Shown here: piece after piece, positions 1-10,536 of the stretch
Layout of the letters: each line of letters opens with the position of its first letter
Numbering within the stretch: the first letter of the stretch is position 1
Assembly: GCA_944327295.1 (NCBI GenBank)
Contig: CALVHF010000002.1
Coordinates: forward strand, 48,657-112,656
Direction: 5' to 3'
Length of the DNA stretch: 64,000 bases
Source: an uncultured Desulfovibrio sp.
GTDB taxonomy: Bacteria; Desulfobacterota; Desulfovibrionia; Desulfovibrionales; Desulfovibrionaceae
Made by a program: the position numbers and the translations under genes
Notes under the pieces: model-generated
What the model saw: the letters and a program-made list of their open reading frames with translations, nothing else
What the model was told of the DNA's origin: nothing
Database searches by the model: none

Positions 1-75
1 CCTGCTGATGATGAGCCCCCAGGGCGTCGAGCCCAGAACATAGGCCAGAATGGACAAAACAAGGATCAAGAGCAT
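1..75 (-). CDS. plsY: Glycerol-3-phosphate acyltransferase PlsY, 5' part only (runs off the window start)
   Basis: The minus strand from ATG at 75 reads MLLILVLSILAYVLGSTPWGLIISR, matching the PlsY N-terminal YLLGSIPxGL motif. It overlaps the stop codon of the upstream RNB gene. Not in the ORF track. Confidence 0.8.
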   Translation of the reverse strand, partial: MLLILVLSILAYVLGSTPWGLIISR

Positions 76-2222
76 GAGCTTCCCTCCCCCGTAAGAGATT
101 CTGCGGCAAAGTCCCCTTCCGAAAACGCGTCATCGCACACGGCTTCCAGAATATGTATCTCGTTGTACAGGGGATTGACCTTGCCCAGACGCACCTGCAC
201 ACGACTACCGGCACAGGTGCGTTCGTCAAATTGCCGTCTGCGTCCGCGCACGAAGATATCATATTCCGGCAGAGCCACGCTAACCTGCGTCTCTGTCTCT
301 TCTGTGACAACGCCGGACCACCAGCGCTCCTCGCCCTCCTGTCTGAAGAAGAGAAGCTTCCAGTATCTGGGCCTGAAGCGCTGAATCTGTCCCGCAGCAT
401 CCAGGGCCATGCGCAGCGGCAGCAGCATCTGTTCCAGCTCGTCCCTGCCAAAACGGGGCTGGCCTGTCTGCACCACGGCAATGAGCTGAGCCTCGTTGAC
501 AAGGTCGGCGTAGCGGCGCAGGGGCGAGGTCATAGGAGCATAGCAGGACAGGCCCAGAGCTGTATGCTGGCGCGGCTGGGTCTCCAGGGTGGAAGGAATC
601 ATGGCCCGCATGATCTCGGTCATTCTGGCCGGATCCCGCCACACGCCGACATATTCCTTGGGCAGGGCCACATTCTGGGTACGGTACAGAAGAGGAACAC
701 CGGCATGTACAGCCCACTGAGCCACAGCGGCACTGGCCAGGATCATCATCTCGGCCACCATGTTCTGCGCCTCGTTGGCAGGCTTTCCCGCCACCATGTG
801 CACCCTGGTCTCCTCGCCCCCTCCGGAAAGCTCTATCTTTGGTTCATCCTTTTCCAGGATGACGGCACCGCAGGCTATGCGGTAGGCCAGACGTCTTGTT
901 GCAAATTCCCTGCCAAGCTCAAGGACAGGGGCATAGGCCCTGGCAGGACTGTCTTCTGCAGCCGTGCCATCCAGCACGGCCTGGCAGTCGCCATAGCGCA
1001 GGTTGGCCGCCAGGCGCACCCTGCATACCTCTATGTGGCAGGACTCGGGCAGGCTTCCGTCTTCGGCCACCTCCTGGGTCACGACAAGGGCCGGACGATC
1101 TTCGTCTGCTGCCAGCGAGAGGGCATTTGTGCCCAGAAATTCCGGCAGCATGTGGCTGTCACCTTCGGGCAGATAGACGCTTGTACCCCTGTGCAGGATC
1201 AGGGCATCGAACTTGCTCCCAAATGGCCAGTTTAGGGCAGGGCAGGCCAGGGCCAGGGTCAGCGTCATGGTGCCGTCCGCCCTTTTTTCCAGATGAAAGG
1301 CGTCGTCTATGTCCCTTGTACTGTCTCCGTCTATGCTCACAAAGGGAAGATCCTTGCGGGGCAGATCACAGGTCCTGGCCTGCTCAGCCAGAGTGCGGGC
1401 GGCTTTCTCTTCCTTGTGCCACCAGCTGTCGCCCCTGGCATAGCCTGCCCGATCGTACCAGAAATTGTAGTGTGCAGGGAGCTTGCCCCAGGCAAGCAGC
1501 AGCTGTACGGCTAGGAGATTGTCCTCGTTGAGCCCCTTGATGAGCATGTGCCACAAGGTTTCCTGGCTCTGTGTTTCTGGATCCTCCATGTGGGCCCGCA
1601 AAAGCTCTTCCAGCTTCTGCGCCATTTCCGGGGCTGGCCATTCCTCTTTGGGCGGCAGCACAGCCCTGTGGCAGGCAACATTCCACAGCAGACGCACAAA
1701 GGGCGCACCAACGGCCACAACCTGTTCGCGTTCCTGCTGCTTGCGCAGTTCCTCTTCCTTGCGGGCCACCTTTTCCGCGTCATAGATCTCGAAATTGGGA
1801 GGCACAAAGCGGAAATGGGTCCGGGCAGCAAGCAGGGCATGCCCGTAGGCGGCTATGGTATCCACATCGGGCTCGCTCTCCACAAGCTCGGCAAACCATT
1901 GTGCAGGAGCAACATCCACCTCGCCCTGGGCCAGCTCCCACAACTCCGTGACGTTCAGGGTATCGGCCTTTTCCTCGCGCCTTTTGCGCTTCTCTTCGAG
2001 CAGCCGGACCATGTCCTCCCGGCCCATGGAGGAAAAACCGGGCACCGGCGGACTGTTCCAAGGAAGCGCTCGCGAAGCGGGTAGTTTTGTCTCTCGCCTG
2101 TTTGGTAAAAGGACTCTCAGCTTGCCTGATACTTCCTCAAGTACAATACCAATCTGTGTTGTACTTGCATCAAAAAATTCTACCACACAGCCCACTGTCG
2201 GGTACTGTACACATGGCGGCAT
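66..2222 (-). CDS. Ribonuclease II/R (RNB domain) family exoribonuclease
   Basis: 718 aa with the catalytic SIDGDSTRDIDDAF motif, EMMILA, and the TSPLRRYADL motif of RNB proteins. Confidence 0.9.
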   Translation of the reverse strand: MPPCVQYPTVGCVVEFFDASTTQIGIVLEEVSGKLRVLLPNRRETKLPASRALPWNSPPVPGFSSMGREDMVRLLEEKRKRREEKADTLNVTELWELAQGEVDVAPAQWFAELVESEPDVDTIAAYGHALLAARTHFRFVPPNFEIYDAEKVARKEEELRKQQEREQVVAVGAPFVRLLWNVACHRAVLPPKEEWPAPEMAQKLEELLRAHMEDPETQSQETLWHMLIKGLNEDNLLAVQLLLAWGKLPAHYNFWYDRAGYARGDSWWHKEEKAARTLAEQARTCDLPRKDLPFVSIDGDSTRDIDDAFHLEKRADGTMTLTLALACPALNWPFGSKFDALILHRGTSVYLPEGDSHMLPEFLGTNALSLAADEDRPALVVTQEVAEDGSLPESCHIEVCRVRLAANLRYGDCQAVLDGTAAEDSPARAYAPVLELGREFATRRLAYRIACGAVILEKDEPKIELSGGGEETRVHMVAGKPANEAQNMVAEMMILASAAVAQWAVHAGVPLLYRTQNVALPKEYVGVWRDPARMTEIMRAMIPSTLETQPRQHTALGLSCYAPMTSPLRRYADLVNEAQLIAVVQTGQPRFGRDELEQMLLPLRMALDAAGQIQRFRPRYWKLLFFRQEGEERWWSGVVTEETETQVSVALPEYDIFVRGRRRQFDERTCAGSRVQVRLGKVNPLYNEIHILEAVCDDAFSEGDFAAESLTGEGSSCS

Positions 2223-2621
2223 AGACTTTCTCCTTCAAGGGTGAACACGCAGCAAGGCGCTTCCTACCCTGATTCCGGCCTTACTGGCAAGTGCGTCCCG
2301 GCCCCTGTCCCCTGCGCCAGACCGTTTCCAAAACAGTTTCGGCCTCTTGTTTCCCGATCTTTTTTCAGCTAAAAAAGGGATTTGGCAAAGTACTTTCTTC
2401 GTGCTGCACGGCAGTGTTCCTCCCTTGACAGGGGATGGCTCTCTTGTCTGGAGCCTGCTTCGTCGGGCTTGTTAAGGACATTGCGGACTGCATCAGTCCT
2501 GCTGTCCTCACAAGAAGGCAGACACAAAAGAAGGTACGTTGCGTTCGCCACGCTCTTTCTTCACAAAAAACATATACACGACTGTCACAATAAGGGATTT
2601 TCCCTTTATACGGGAGGAGAG

Positions 2622-4448
2622 ATGACCTTGTTACGCCCAAAAATCACCGATACGTTCCCCCTGCAGGATGTCAAACAGCCGCAATTGTACCGGGATCTCT
2701 ACCCCTACACACAGATCTGCCGGACCACCTTTGACGACGTCGTTCTGGCCCCCCGTCCGGCCAGGGAAATGCACATCACGGACACCACCTTCCGCGACGG
2801 TCAGCAGGCTCGTCCGCCCTACACAGTTGTCCAGATCAAGAAGATGTTCGAGTTCCTGTACAGGCTCGGCGGACGGACAGGCCTCATTTCCGCCTCGGAG
2901 TTCTTTCTCTACTCGGAAAAGGATCGCCGCAGCATAGAAGTGTGCCGATCCCTGGGCTACCAGTTCCCGAAGATCACCGCCTGGATCCGGGCCAACAAGC
3001 AGGATCTGGCCCTGGCCAGGGACATGGAGTTCAATGAGGTCGGCATGCTGACCAGCGTGTCCGACTACCACATCTTCCTCAAGCTGGGAAAAACCCGCCA
3101 GCAGGCCATGGACATGTATGTGGACATGGCCCGTCAGGCCCTTGAATGGGGCATTGTGCCCCGCTGCCACTTCGAGGACATCACCCGTGCGGATATCTAC
3201 GGCTTCTGCCTGCCCCTGGCCCAGAAGCTCATGGAACTCTCGAAACAGGCCAACATGCCCGTCAAGATCCGCCTATGCGACACCATGGGGTACGGCGTGC
3301 CCTATCCCGGTGCTGCACTGCCGCGCTCCGTGCAGCGCCTTGTGCATGCCTTTACGGACGAGGCCGGCGTGCCCGGTGAACAGCTGGAATGGCACGGCCA
3401 CAACGACTTCCACAAGGTGCTTGTCAATGGCGTCACTGCCTGGCTCTACGGCTGCGGATCCGTCAACGGCACCCTCTTCGGCTTTGGCGAACGCACGGGC
3501 AACACGCCCATCGAGGCGCTGGCCATCGAGTACATCTCCATCACAGGCGACGACGCCGCCGCGGACACCAGGGTCATCAGCGAAATCGCCGAATTCTTCG
3601 AGAGTGAACTCAAGTACAGCATTCCGCCGAACTATCCCTTTGCCGGCCGCGACTTCAATGCCACCAGCGCCGGCGTCCATGTGGACGGCATCCTCAAGAA
3701 CGAGGAAATCTACAATATCTTCGACACCACCCTGCTGCTTGGCAAGCCTGTGCCCATTGTCATCACCGACAAGTCCGGCCGTGCCGGCGTGGCCTACTGG
3801 ATCAACCACAACCTCCATCTGAACGGAACAGGCAAGGAAGTCACAAAGAAGCATCCTTCCGTGGGCAAGATTTACAACGATATCATGAAGGCCTACGAGA
3901 ACGGCCGCACCACGCATTTCTCCTATGAGGAAATGCAGAACCTCGTACACCGCTACATGCCCGAATTCCAGATCACGGAGTACGACCGCATGAAGCAGCT
4001 CGCAGGCGAGCTCTCCGCCTATGTGCTCATCCGCCTGTCCCACGAAAGGGATCTGCTGGACTTTGAAGCCAAGGCTACGGAACTGCTGGAAAACTTCGCC
4101 AAGCAGCACACCTTCATCCAGCTCATCTCCCTGACGGACAACAAGGGCCTGCTCAAGTGCATGGCTCTGACCTCGGACAGGACCTATCGTGCCCTCTACT
4201 CCTCCCTGCACGTGGGCTTCGACTTCTCGGACCGAGAATGGTTCCAGGTGCCCATGCAGACAGGCGATCTGCACATCATGGACGTCTATACCTCCCGCTT
4301 CACGGGCAAGCTCATCATTACCGTCTCCTGTGCTGTCACTGACGAAGAGGATCGGATTCTCGGTGTCCTGAGCTGCGACATGCAGGTCGAGCAGATCCTC
4401 AAGCATGCCCAGGAACTTGTGCACGAGGAAGACGGGGACGAGGCCTAG
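2622..4448 (+). CDS. DRE-TIM (HMGL-like) condensing enzyme, probably Re-citrate synthase, with a C-terminal Cache/PDC-like domain
   Basis: ITDTTFRDGQQA and WHGHNDF metal motifs. The start at 2622 follows a GGAGGAG RBS. The C-terminal FSDREWF...DVYTSRFTGKLIITVSCAV...GVLSCD resembles a Cache domain. Confidence 0.75.
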   Translation: MTLLRPKITDTFPLQDVKQPQLYRDLYPYTQICRTTFDDVVLAPRPAREMHITDTTFRDGQQARPPYTVVQIKKMFEFLYRLGGRTGLISASEFFLYSEKDRRSIEVCRSLGYQFPKITAWIRANKQDLALARDMEFNEVGMLTSVSDYHIFLKLGKTRQQAMDMYVDMARQALEWGIVPRCHFEDITRADIYGFCLPLAQKLMELSKQANMPVKIRLCDTMGYGVPYPGAALPRSVQRLVHAFTDEAGVPGEQLEWHGHNDFHKVLVNGVTAWLYGCGSVNGTLFGFGERTGNTPIEALAIEYISITGDDAAADTRVISEIAEFFESELKYSIPPNYPFAGRDFNATSAGVHVDGILKNEEIYNIFDTTLLLGKPVPIVITDKSGRAGVAYWINHNLHLNGTGKEVTKKHPSVGKIYNDIMKAYENGRTTHFSYEEMQNLVHRYMPEFQITEYDRMKQLAGELSAYVLIRLSHERDLLDFEAKATELLENFAKQHTFIQLISLTDNKGLLKCMALTSDRTYRALYSSLHVGFDFSDREWFQVPMQTGDLHIMDVYTSRFTGKLIITVSCAVTDEEDRILGVLSCDMQVEQILKHAQELVHEEDGDEA

Positions 4449-4520
4449 GCTCTTCAGCCCGGAGCTGCCCTGTGTTCTACAGGGACACGGGGGCGATCCT
4501 CCGCAGACGGACGGTTTGTC

Positions 4521-5168
4521 ATGCTGAGCATGCTTCTTCTCTTCCTGGTCACCTCCCTGCTCTTTGCCATGCTGCCAGGGCCCGATTTTGCACTCATTCT
4601 GCGCACGGCCCTCATCCATGGTAAAAGGCAGTCCCTGTACACGTCGCTTGGCATTGCCTGTGGCCTCTGCGTCCACACAGGCCTGAGCGTTCTCGGCCTG
4701 AGCGCTGTCATTGCCCACTCGCCCTTTCTCTTTGCCTGCATCACCTACGCCGGTGCAGCCTATCTGGCCTATATCGGGCTGCATGCCCTGTTCTCCAGGC
4801 CAGCCCGCAGTGACGCAGGCACGGCCGGCACAAGCGACAGAAAGCCGGAACGCGCCCTTCTTTCCAATGGCAAGGCCTTTCAGTTCGGCTTTCTGACTAA
4901 TGTGCTCAATCCCAAGGCCATACTGTTCTATCTGACCTTTCTTCCGCAGTTTCTCGTGCAGTCAGCCCCTGTACCGATCCAGGGTCAGCTCCTTCTGCTA
5001 GGACTCTGCTCGTGTCTCGTCACGGGCGGGTGGTTCCTCTTCCTGAGCTGCATGCTCAGCAAGGTCCGCCGCTACTTCGAGAACGAAACCTTCAGGCGCT
5101 GGCTTGAGCGCGTGACCGGCTGCATCTTTCTCGGCTTCAGCGTGAAGCTTCTGGCAACATCCTCCTAA
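4521..5168 (+). CDS. LysE/RhtB family translocator
   Basis: 215 aa hydrophobic protein with PGPDFAL, GAAYLAYIG and TNVLNPKAILF motifs. Confidence 0.9.
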   Translation: MLSMLLLFLVTSLLFAMLPGPDFALILRTALIHGKRQSLYTSLGIACGLCVHTGLSVLGLSAVIAHSPFLFACITYAGAAYLAYIGLHALFSRPARSDAGTAGTSDRKPERALLSNGKAFQFGFLTNVLNPKAILFYLTFLPQFLVQSAPVPIQGQLLLLGLCSCLVTGGWFLFLSCMLSKVRRYFENETFRRWLERVTGCIFLGFSVKLLATSS

Positions 5169-5194
5169 CTTCTAAACTCCAGAGCCCGTTCATC

Positions 5195-7501
5195 ATGATA
5201 ACCCTTCAGGATAGACCAACCATACTCGCCGACGGTGTGCTCCTGTCCCAGGAAGAAGCCCAGGCCCGCGGCATTGATGTGGATGCCGCACACAAGGAAA
5301 CACTTGCGGCACGCATCTTGTCCGCGCATTCCACCCCCTCCGACAGGGACGACCTGCTCCATGTCACCTTTGATGCCCTGGTCTCCCACGACATCACCTA
5401 CGTGGGCATCATCCAGACAGCCCGTGCCAGCGGCCTCACCAGATTTCCCCTTCCCTACGCCCTGACCAACTGCCACAACAGCCTCTGTGCCGTGGGCGGC
5501 ACCATCAACGAGGACGACCACCTCTTCGGCCTGACAGCCGCACAGAAATATGGCGGCACCTTCGTGCCCACCAACCTGGCTGTCATCCATCAGTATGCCA
5601 GGGAAATGCTAGCCGGCTGCGGACGCATGATCCTTGGCTCTGACAGCCATACCCGCTACGGCGCCCTAGGTTGCATGGGGGTTGGCGAAGGCGGTCCCGA
5701 ACTGGTCAAGCAGCTGCTCAGCAGGACCTATGACATTCCCAGGCCCCAGGTGGTGCTCATCTGGCTGGAAAACGCACCCAGGCCCGGCGTCGGACCGCAG
5801 GACGTGGCGCTGGCCATCATCGGCGCCGTCTTCAAGAACGGCTTTGTCAAGAACAAGGTCATGGAATTTGCAGGCCCCGGCGTTGCCAGCCTGTCCGTGG
5901 AATACCGCTGCGGCATTGACGTCATGACCACGGAAACCACCTGTCTTTCCTCCATCTGGGTCACGGACGACAAGGTGCAGCAGTATCTTGCCTGTCACGG
6001 CAGGAAGGACGACTTCCAAAGGCTTGAGCACACTGCTCCGGCCGCCTTTGCCTCCGTGGTGCGCGTGGACCTCGCAAAGGTGGAACCCATGATTGCCCTG
6101 CCCTTCCATCCGAGCAATGTCTATCCCATTGCCGAGGTGCAGAAGCATGCCCGGGATATCTTTGCCACTATTGACGAAAATGCCAGGAAGCAGTTCGGGG
6201 CAACGGCCGAGGCCTTCTCCCTGTGCAACAAGATTCATGGAAACGAGGTGCAGGTCGATCAGGGCATCATTGCCGGCTGTGCCGGCGGCTCCTTTGAAAA
6301 CCTCACCCTGGCTGCAGCCATTCTAGAAGGCAAGAGCACAGGCAATGCCGCCTTCTCCCTGTCGGTCTACCCTGCCTCCGAACCCCAGGCGCTGGCCCTG
6401 GTCCAGAACGGATCTTATGCAAGACTCATGGCAGCCGGTGCGCTTATCAAGAGCGCCTTCTGCGGCCCGTGTTTCGGTGCAGGCGACACGCCTGCCCACG
6501 GCGCCCTGTCCATCCGCCACTCCACCCGCAACTTCCCCAACCGGGAAGGCTCCAAGCCCGGCAACGGCCAACTCTCCGGCGTGGCTCTGATGGATGCCCG
6601 TTCCATTGCCGCCACGGCAGCCAATGGCGGTCGTCTGACCAAGGCCACGGATCTGGACTGGGACAAGCTTTCCTGCTCCCTGGACTACCACTTCGACGCC
6701 GGCATCTACCAGCGCCGCTGCTATCAGGGCTATGGCAACCCCAAGCCCGAAACACAGCTTGTCTGCGGTCCCAACATCACGGACTGGCCGACCATGAGCG
6801 CCCTGCCCGAGCACCTGCTGCTCAGAGTCTGCTGTGTCATTACCGATCCGGTCACAACCACGGACGAGCTCATTCCCTCCGGCGAGACCTCTTCCCTGCG
6901 TTCCAATCCCCGCAAGCTTTCCGAGTTCACGCTCTCGCGCAGGGATCCGCAGTATGTCTCCAGAGCCAAGGCCGTTCAGGCCCTGGAAACGACCCGTCTG
7001 GCCAATGCCGAAGACCCCGGGCTTGTGCAGACCATCCATGGCCTGTGTGCGCCGCTTGAACAGGCCGATGTCACCCTGTGGCAGCGTCTCTTTGGCCGCA
7101 AGACCCTGGCCGACATGGGCATAGGCTCGACCATCTTTGCCGTGAAGCCCGGCGACGGCAGCGCCAGGGAGCAGGCCGCCTCCTGCCAGAAGGTTCTGGG
7201 CGGCTGGGCCAACCTGGCCGAGGAATATGCCACCAAGCGCTACCGCTCCAACCTCATCAACTGGGGCATGCTGCCCTTCCTGCTGGCTCCTGGTCTGGGA
7301 CAGCAGCTGCAGGACGGAGATTGCGTCCTTGTGCCGGACGTGCGCAGGGCCATCGAGGACAAGGCGGACAGCCTGCAGGCCTGGATCCTCCACGAGCAGA
7401 CGGCACGTCCGGTCACCCTGTCCCTGGGCGCCCTGACCGAAGATGAACGCACCATCATCCTCAACGGCTGCCTCATCAACTTCTACAAAAACGGCAACTA
7501 G
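5195..7501 (+). CDS. Aconitase-family hydratase (YbhJ-like)
   Basis: SHDITYVGIIQTA, NCHNSLCAVGGTINEDDH and GSDSHTRYGA motifs, [4Fe-4S] ligands IAGCAGG and AFCGPCFG, and a C-terminal swivel domain with YRSNLINWG. Confidence 0.88.
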   Translation: MITLQDRPTILADGVLLSQEEAQARGIDVDAAHKETLAARILSAHSTPSDRDDLLHVTFDALVSHDITYVGIIQTARASGLTRFPLPYALTNCHNSLCAVGGTINEDDHLFGLTAAQKYGGTFVPTNLAVIHQYAREMLAGCGRMILGSDSHTRYGALGCMGVGEGGPELVKQLLSRTYDIPRPQVVLIWLENAPRPGVGPQDVALAIIGAVFKNGFVKNKVMEFAGPGVASLSVEYRCGIDVMTTETTCLSSIWVTDDKVQQYLACHGRKDDFQRLEHTAPAAFASVVRVDLAKVEPMIALPFHPSNVYPIAEVQKHARDIFATIDENARKQFGATAEAFSLCNKIHGNEVQVDQGIIAGCAGGSFENLTLAAAILEGKSTGNAAFSLSVYPASEPQALALVQNGSYARLMAAGALIKSAFCGPCFGAGDTPAHGALSIRHSTRNFPNREGSKPGNGQLSGVALMDARSIAATAANGGRLTKATDLDWDKLSCSLDYHFDAGIYQRRCYQGYGNPKPETQLVCGPNITDWPTMSALPEHLLLRVCCVITDPVTTTDELIPSGETSSLRSNPRKLSEFTLSRRDPQYVSRAKAVQALETTRLANAEDPGLVQTIHGLCAPLEQADVTLWQRLFGRKTLADMGIGSTIFAVKPGDGSAREQAASCQKVLGGWANLAEEYATKRYRSNLINWGMLPFLLAPGLGQQLQDGDCVLVPDVRRAIEDKADSLQAWILHEQTARPVTLSLGALTEDERTIILNGCLINFYKNGN

Positions 7502-7542
7502 CCCTCAGAGCCGGTTCACCGAGTCCTGACCGTACATACAGT

Positions 7543-7590
7543 GAAAGTCCCCCTGTTCCTCCACACAAGGCAGGACAGGGGGACTTTCTT
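7543..7590. terminator. Intrinsic terminator between the convergent hydratase and serS genes
   Basis: Perfect 14-bp inverted repeat GAAAGTCCCCCTGT (7543-7556) / ACAGGGGGACTTTC (7575-7588). Confidence 0.75.
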
Positions 7591-7658
7591 GTTGTCCCTT
7601 TTGGAGGCTGAGCCTCTTCAGGCCCGGCTCCCAGGCCCGAAGAGGCTGCGAATGCGGC

Positions 7659-8942
7659 TTAGCGCAGACGGGCATCCGGCTCTATGACCTCAAGGCCGCC
7701 CATGTAGGGGACAAGGGCCCTGGGCACGAGGACGCTGCCGTCCTTTTGCTGATAGTTTTCCAGAATGGCGGCAAGCGTCCGGCCGGTGGGCAGGCCAGAA
7801 CCGTTCAGGGTGTGCACAAAGGCCGACTTGCCGCCCTTGGGCTTGAAGCGGATATTGGCACGGCGGGCCTGGAAGTCCACGCAGTTGGAGCAGGAAGAAA
7901 TTTCCCTGTAGGTCTTTTGATAGGGGAACCAGACTTCCAGATCATAGGTCTTGGCCGAACCAAAGCCCATGTCGCCCGTGCACAGGACAATCTGACGGAA
8001 GGGCAACTCCAGGCGCTCCAGCAGCTTGCGGGCGTGTCCGGTCATGAGTTCCAGCTGATTGAAGCTGTCGTCGGGATGGGCAAAACGCACCATTTCAATC
8101 TTTGTGAACTGATGCATCCTGATGAGGCCTCTTGTGTCCTTACCCGCAGATCCTGCCTCGGAACGAAAGCAGGGGGTCGCTGCCGTATAGGCTCTGGGCA
8201 GGTCTTCCTCGGCCAGCACCTCGCCGGCATGCAGATTGGTCAGCGGCACTTCTGCCGTGGGAATCAGGTAGGTGCCCTCGCGCAGCTTGAAGAGATCTTC
8301 CTCGAACTTGGGGAGCTGCCCCGTGCCTGTCATGGTTTCCTTAGTGACAATGGCCGGAGGAATGACCTCGATGTAGTCCTCTTCCTTTGTGTGGACATCC
8401 AGGAAGAAGTTGACCAGTGCCCGATCCAGTCGGGCGGCCCATCCCTGGGAAACCACAAAGCGGCTGCCGGACAGTCTGGCTGCGCGCTCAAAGTCAAGGC
8501 CCTTCAGATTGGTACCGACATCCCAGTGGGCCAGCGGCTCGAAATCAAAGGTTCTGGGTGTGCCGTATCTGGCAATTTCCACGTTTTCGGTCTCGTCCCT
8601 GCCCACAGGAACGGAGGCATCCGGGATGTTGGGGACGCTGAGCATCCACTCTTCCAGACGTGCCCGAGCCTCGTCCGTCTTGACATCCAGAGCCTTGATG
8701 CGGGCAGCCATGTCCGCCAGTTCTGCCAGAAGTGCCGAGGCATCCTGGCCTTCCCGCTTCATGCGTGCCACTTCCTGGGAAGCGGCATTGCGGCGGCTCT
8801 TGAGTTCTTCCACTTCGGCAATATACTTGCGGCGGACACTGTCTATTTCCTGAAATTCGTCAATGGTCAGTGCAGAATGGCGGTCCTGCAGCGCCTTGGC
8901 CAATATTTCCGGCTGTTTTTGAATGCGTTTGAGATCGAGCAT
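7659..8942 (-). CDS. serS: Seryl-tRNA synthetase
   Basis: Starts MLDLKRIQK at 8942. Contains [17 protein letters not shown]...[17 protein letters not shown] and TLNGSGL. Confidence 0.97.
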   Translation of the reverse strand: MLDLKRIQKQPEILAKALQDRHSALTIDEFQEIDSVRRKYIAEVEELKSRRNAASQEVARMKREGQDASALLAELADMAARIKALDVKTDEARARLEEWMLSVPNIPDASVPVGRDETENVEIARYGTPRTFDFEPLAHWDVGTNLKGLDFERAARLSGSRFVVSQGWAARLDRALVNFFLDVHTKEEDYIEVIPPAIVTKETMTGTGQLPKFEEDLFKLREGTYLIPTAEVPLTNLHAGEVLAEEDLPRAYTAATPCFRSEAGSAGKDTRGLIRMHQFTKIEMVRFAHPDDSFNQLELMTGHARKLLERLELPFRQIVLCTGDMGFGSAKTYDLEVWFPYQKTYREISSCSNCVDFQARRANIRFKPKGGKSAFVHTLNGSGLPTGRTLAAILENYQQKDGSVLVPRALVPYMGGLEVIEPDARLR

Positions 8943-9461
8943 AGTAGTTCCTGGATCAACGAAAAAATGATTCTCCCCTGGCATGGCCAAGACGGCGTCA
9001 AACCGTCTTCGCTGCAGCAAAAAGGCGTACTGCAAGGCTGTCCGGACCGTTGTACGGTCTCGCAGGGAACAACCCTTGCCTGCGGCGAGCCGGGGATTTT
9101 TGCCTTTCTGTTTCCTTTGTGCTATCAACACCTTGGCAGGATCTGCCTGCCTATACAAGCACAGGGCATGAGAGCACCGCTGCGGGATCTGCCGAGCGGA
9201 GCCCCGGACAGGAGATCCCCTGCAGACAGCATACCCGGAGAACACCGCAGTACCCGGGTACTGGCAGGGCTTGTCCCGTTTCGGCAAGCTTCTCTACCAC
9301 TCCGTCACCCCCATGGCAAGAAAGCCTGTCTTGCGCAGCTGTTCGCACCTGTACCATATTTTTTCCTGCTCCGACATTGAGACGCAAAGGTACGCATTCT
9401 GTCACGTCAATGTGATCGTTTCCCCTTTTTCTCCATTAACTTCTGTGCTTCGAGGCCTCCT

Positions 9462-10046
9462 ATGACGTTTACCCGCTGTCTTACCGTGCTGTGCACCCTG
9501 GCTGCACTCCTTCTTCTGAGTGCCTGCGGTCCCAGCAATACAGTGCATCTTGTTCCGCTCAAACCCGCAAGCAATGTACTGCCCACTCCGTCCTCTTCCA
9601 CCATTGCCGTCGTGCAGTTCGCCGACAAGCGCGTCGACACGTCTGCCCTGGGCATGCGCCGTGACAAGAGCTACTTCACGACCATGGATTCGCCCACGGA
9701 ATGGATAAGCAAGGCCATTGCCGATCACATTGGCGCCCAAGGCTATCAGGTTTCCTACGCCACCTCCGCTGCCGAGGCCATCAAGGGCAACCCCGACTAC
9801 ATCCTCACAGGTTCCCTGGAAAAGCTCGACATACAGGAAAACTCCGCGACATCCTTCGAGACCACCATCCGCGCCAAGTATGTGCTGAGCAACAGGGAGA
9901 AGAAGCTCGTGCTCGAGACACTGACGGCCAATCAGAGCAAGACCTCCCTGCCCAGCAGCAGTGCCGTGGAAAGCCTCCTCGGGGACACACTCAAGGACAT
10001 CATCAATCCCATGTTCCAGAAGGTGCAGTCCTTCATCAAGCACTAG
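9462..10046 (+). CDS. Lipoprotein of unknown function (YajG-like)
   Basis: Signal peptide with lipobox LLSA-C, preceded by a GAGG RBS. 194 aa. Confidence 0.7.
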   Translation: MTFTRCLTVLCTLAALLLLSACGPSNTVHLVPLKPASNVLPTPSSSTIAVVQFADKRVDTSALGMRRDKSYFTTMDSPTEWISKAIADHIGAQGYQVSYATSAAEAIKGNPDYILTGSLEKLDIQENSATSFETTIRAKYVLSNREKKLVLETLTANQSKTSLPSSSAVESLLGDTLKDIINPMFQKVQSFIKH

Positions 10047-10094
10047 CAGGCCACTGGCAGACCCGAGCGGTCTGAACCTGCAGATTTGCAGCAT

Positions 10095-10128
10095 GCGGCA
10101 CTTTCGCAAGGGAAAGTGTCGCTTTTTT
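10095..10128 (+). terminator. Intrinsic terminator after the lipoprotein gene
   Basis: GCGGCACTTTC-GCAAGG-GAAAGTGTCGC followed by TTTTTT. Confidence 0.75.
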
Positions 10129-10179
10129 CTCATCTGTCGCAGTGTCACACTTTCTACCTGGAAATGTCGGAACCACCTC

Positions 10180-10527
10180 ATGAGCCAGCCTGTTCTTATC
10201 AAGGTCTATGCACACTTTGCCCCGGTGACAGCCGAACTTGTCCGGGAACTTGAAGACAGCGTGTCCTCTGCCATTTGCGCAGAAGACTTTGCAGGCCCCA
10301 TTGTCTCCACGCTTGAAGACATGGTGCGCCTGAGTTTTGAAGGCATCTACTTTCCTGAGGACGATGTCGCAGATATTGTGCGCCATGCGGTCGAAGACGG
10401 AGCCTGCGGCAAGATGGACGTCCTCGACCTGGAAAACTGGCACATGACCCGCTACGAGGGTCGGGATCATGTCCTGCACAAGAGCGGAGCGCCTCTCAAC
10501 AATGTCCTGGATTTTTCCGGTTTCTAA
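10180..10527 (+). CDS. Hypothetical protein (115 aa, acidic)
   Basis: ATG at 10180 (MSQPVLIKVYAHF...). Host-like codon usage. It fills the gap before the convergent mutL. Confidence 0.65.
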   Translation: MSQPVLIKVYAHFAPVTAELVRELEDSVSSAICAEDFAGPIVSTLEDMVRLSFEGIYFPEDDVADIVRHAVEDGACGKMDVLDLENWHMTRYEGRDHVLHKSGAPLNNVLDFSGF

Positions 10528-10536
10528 ATCTGCACG

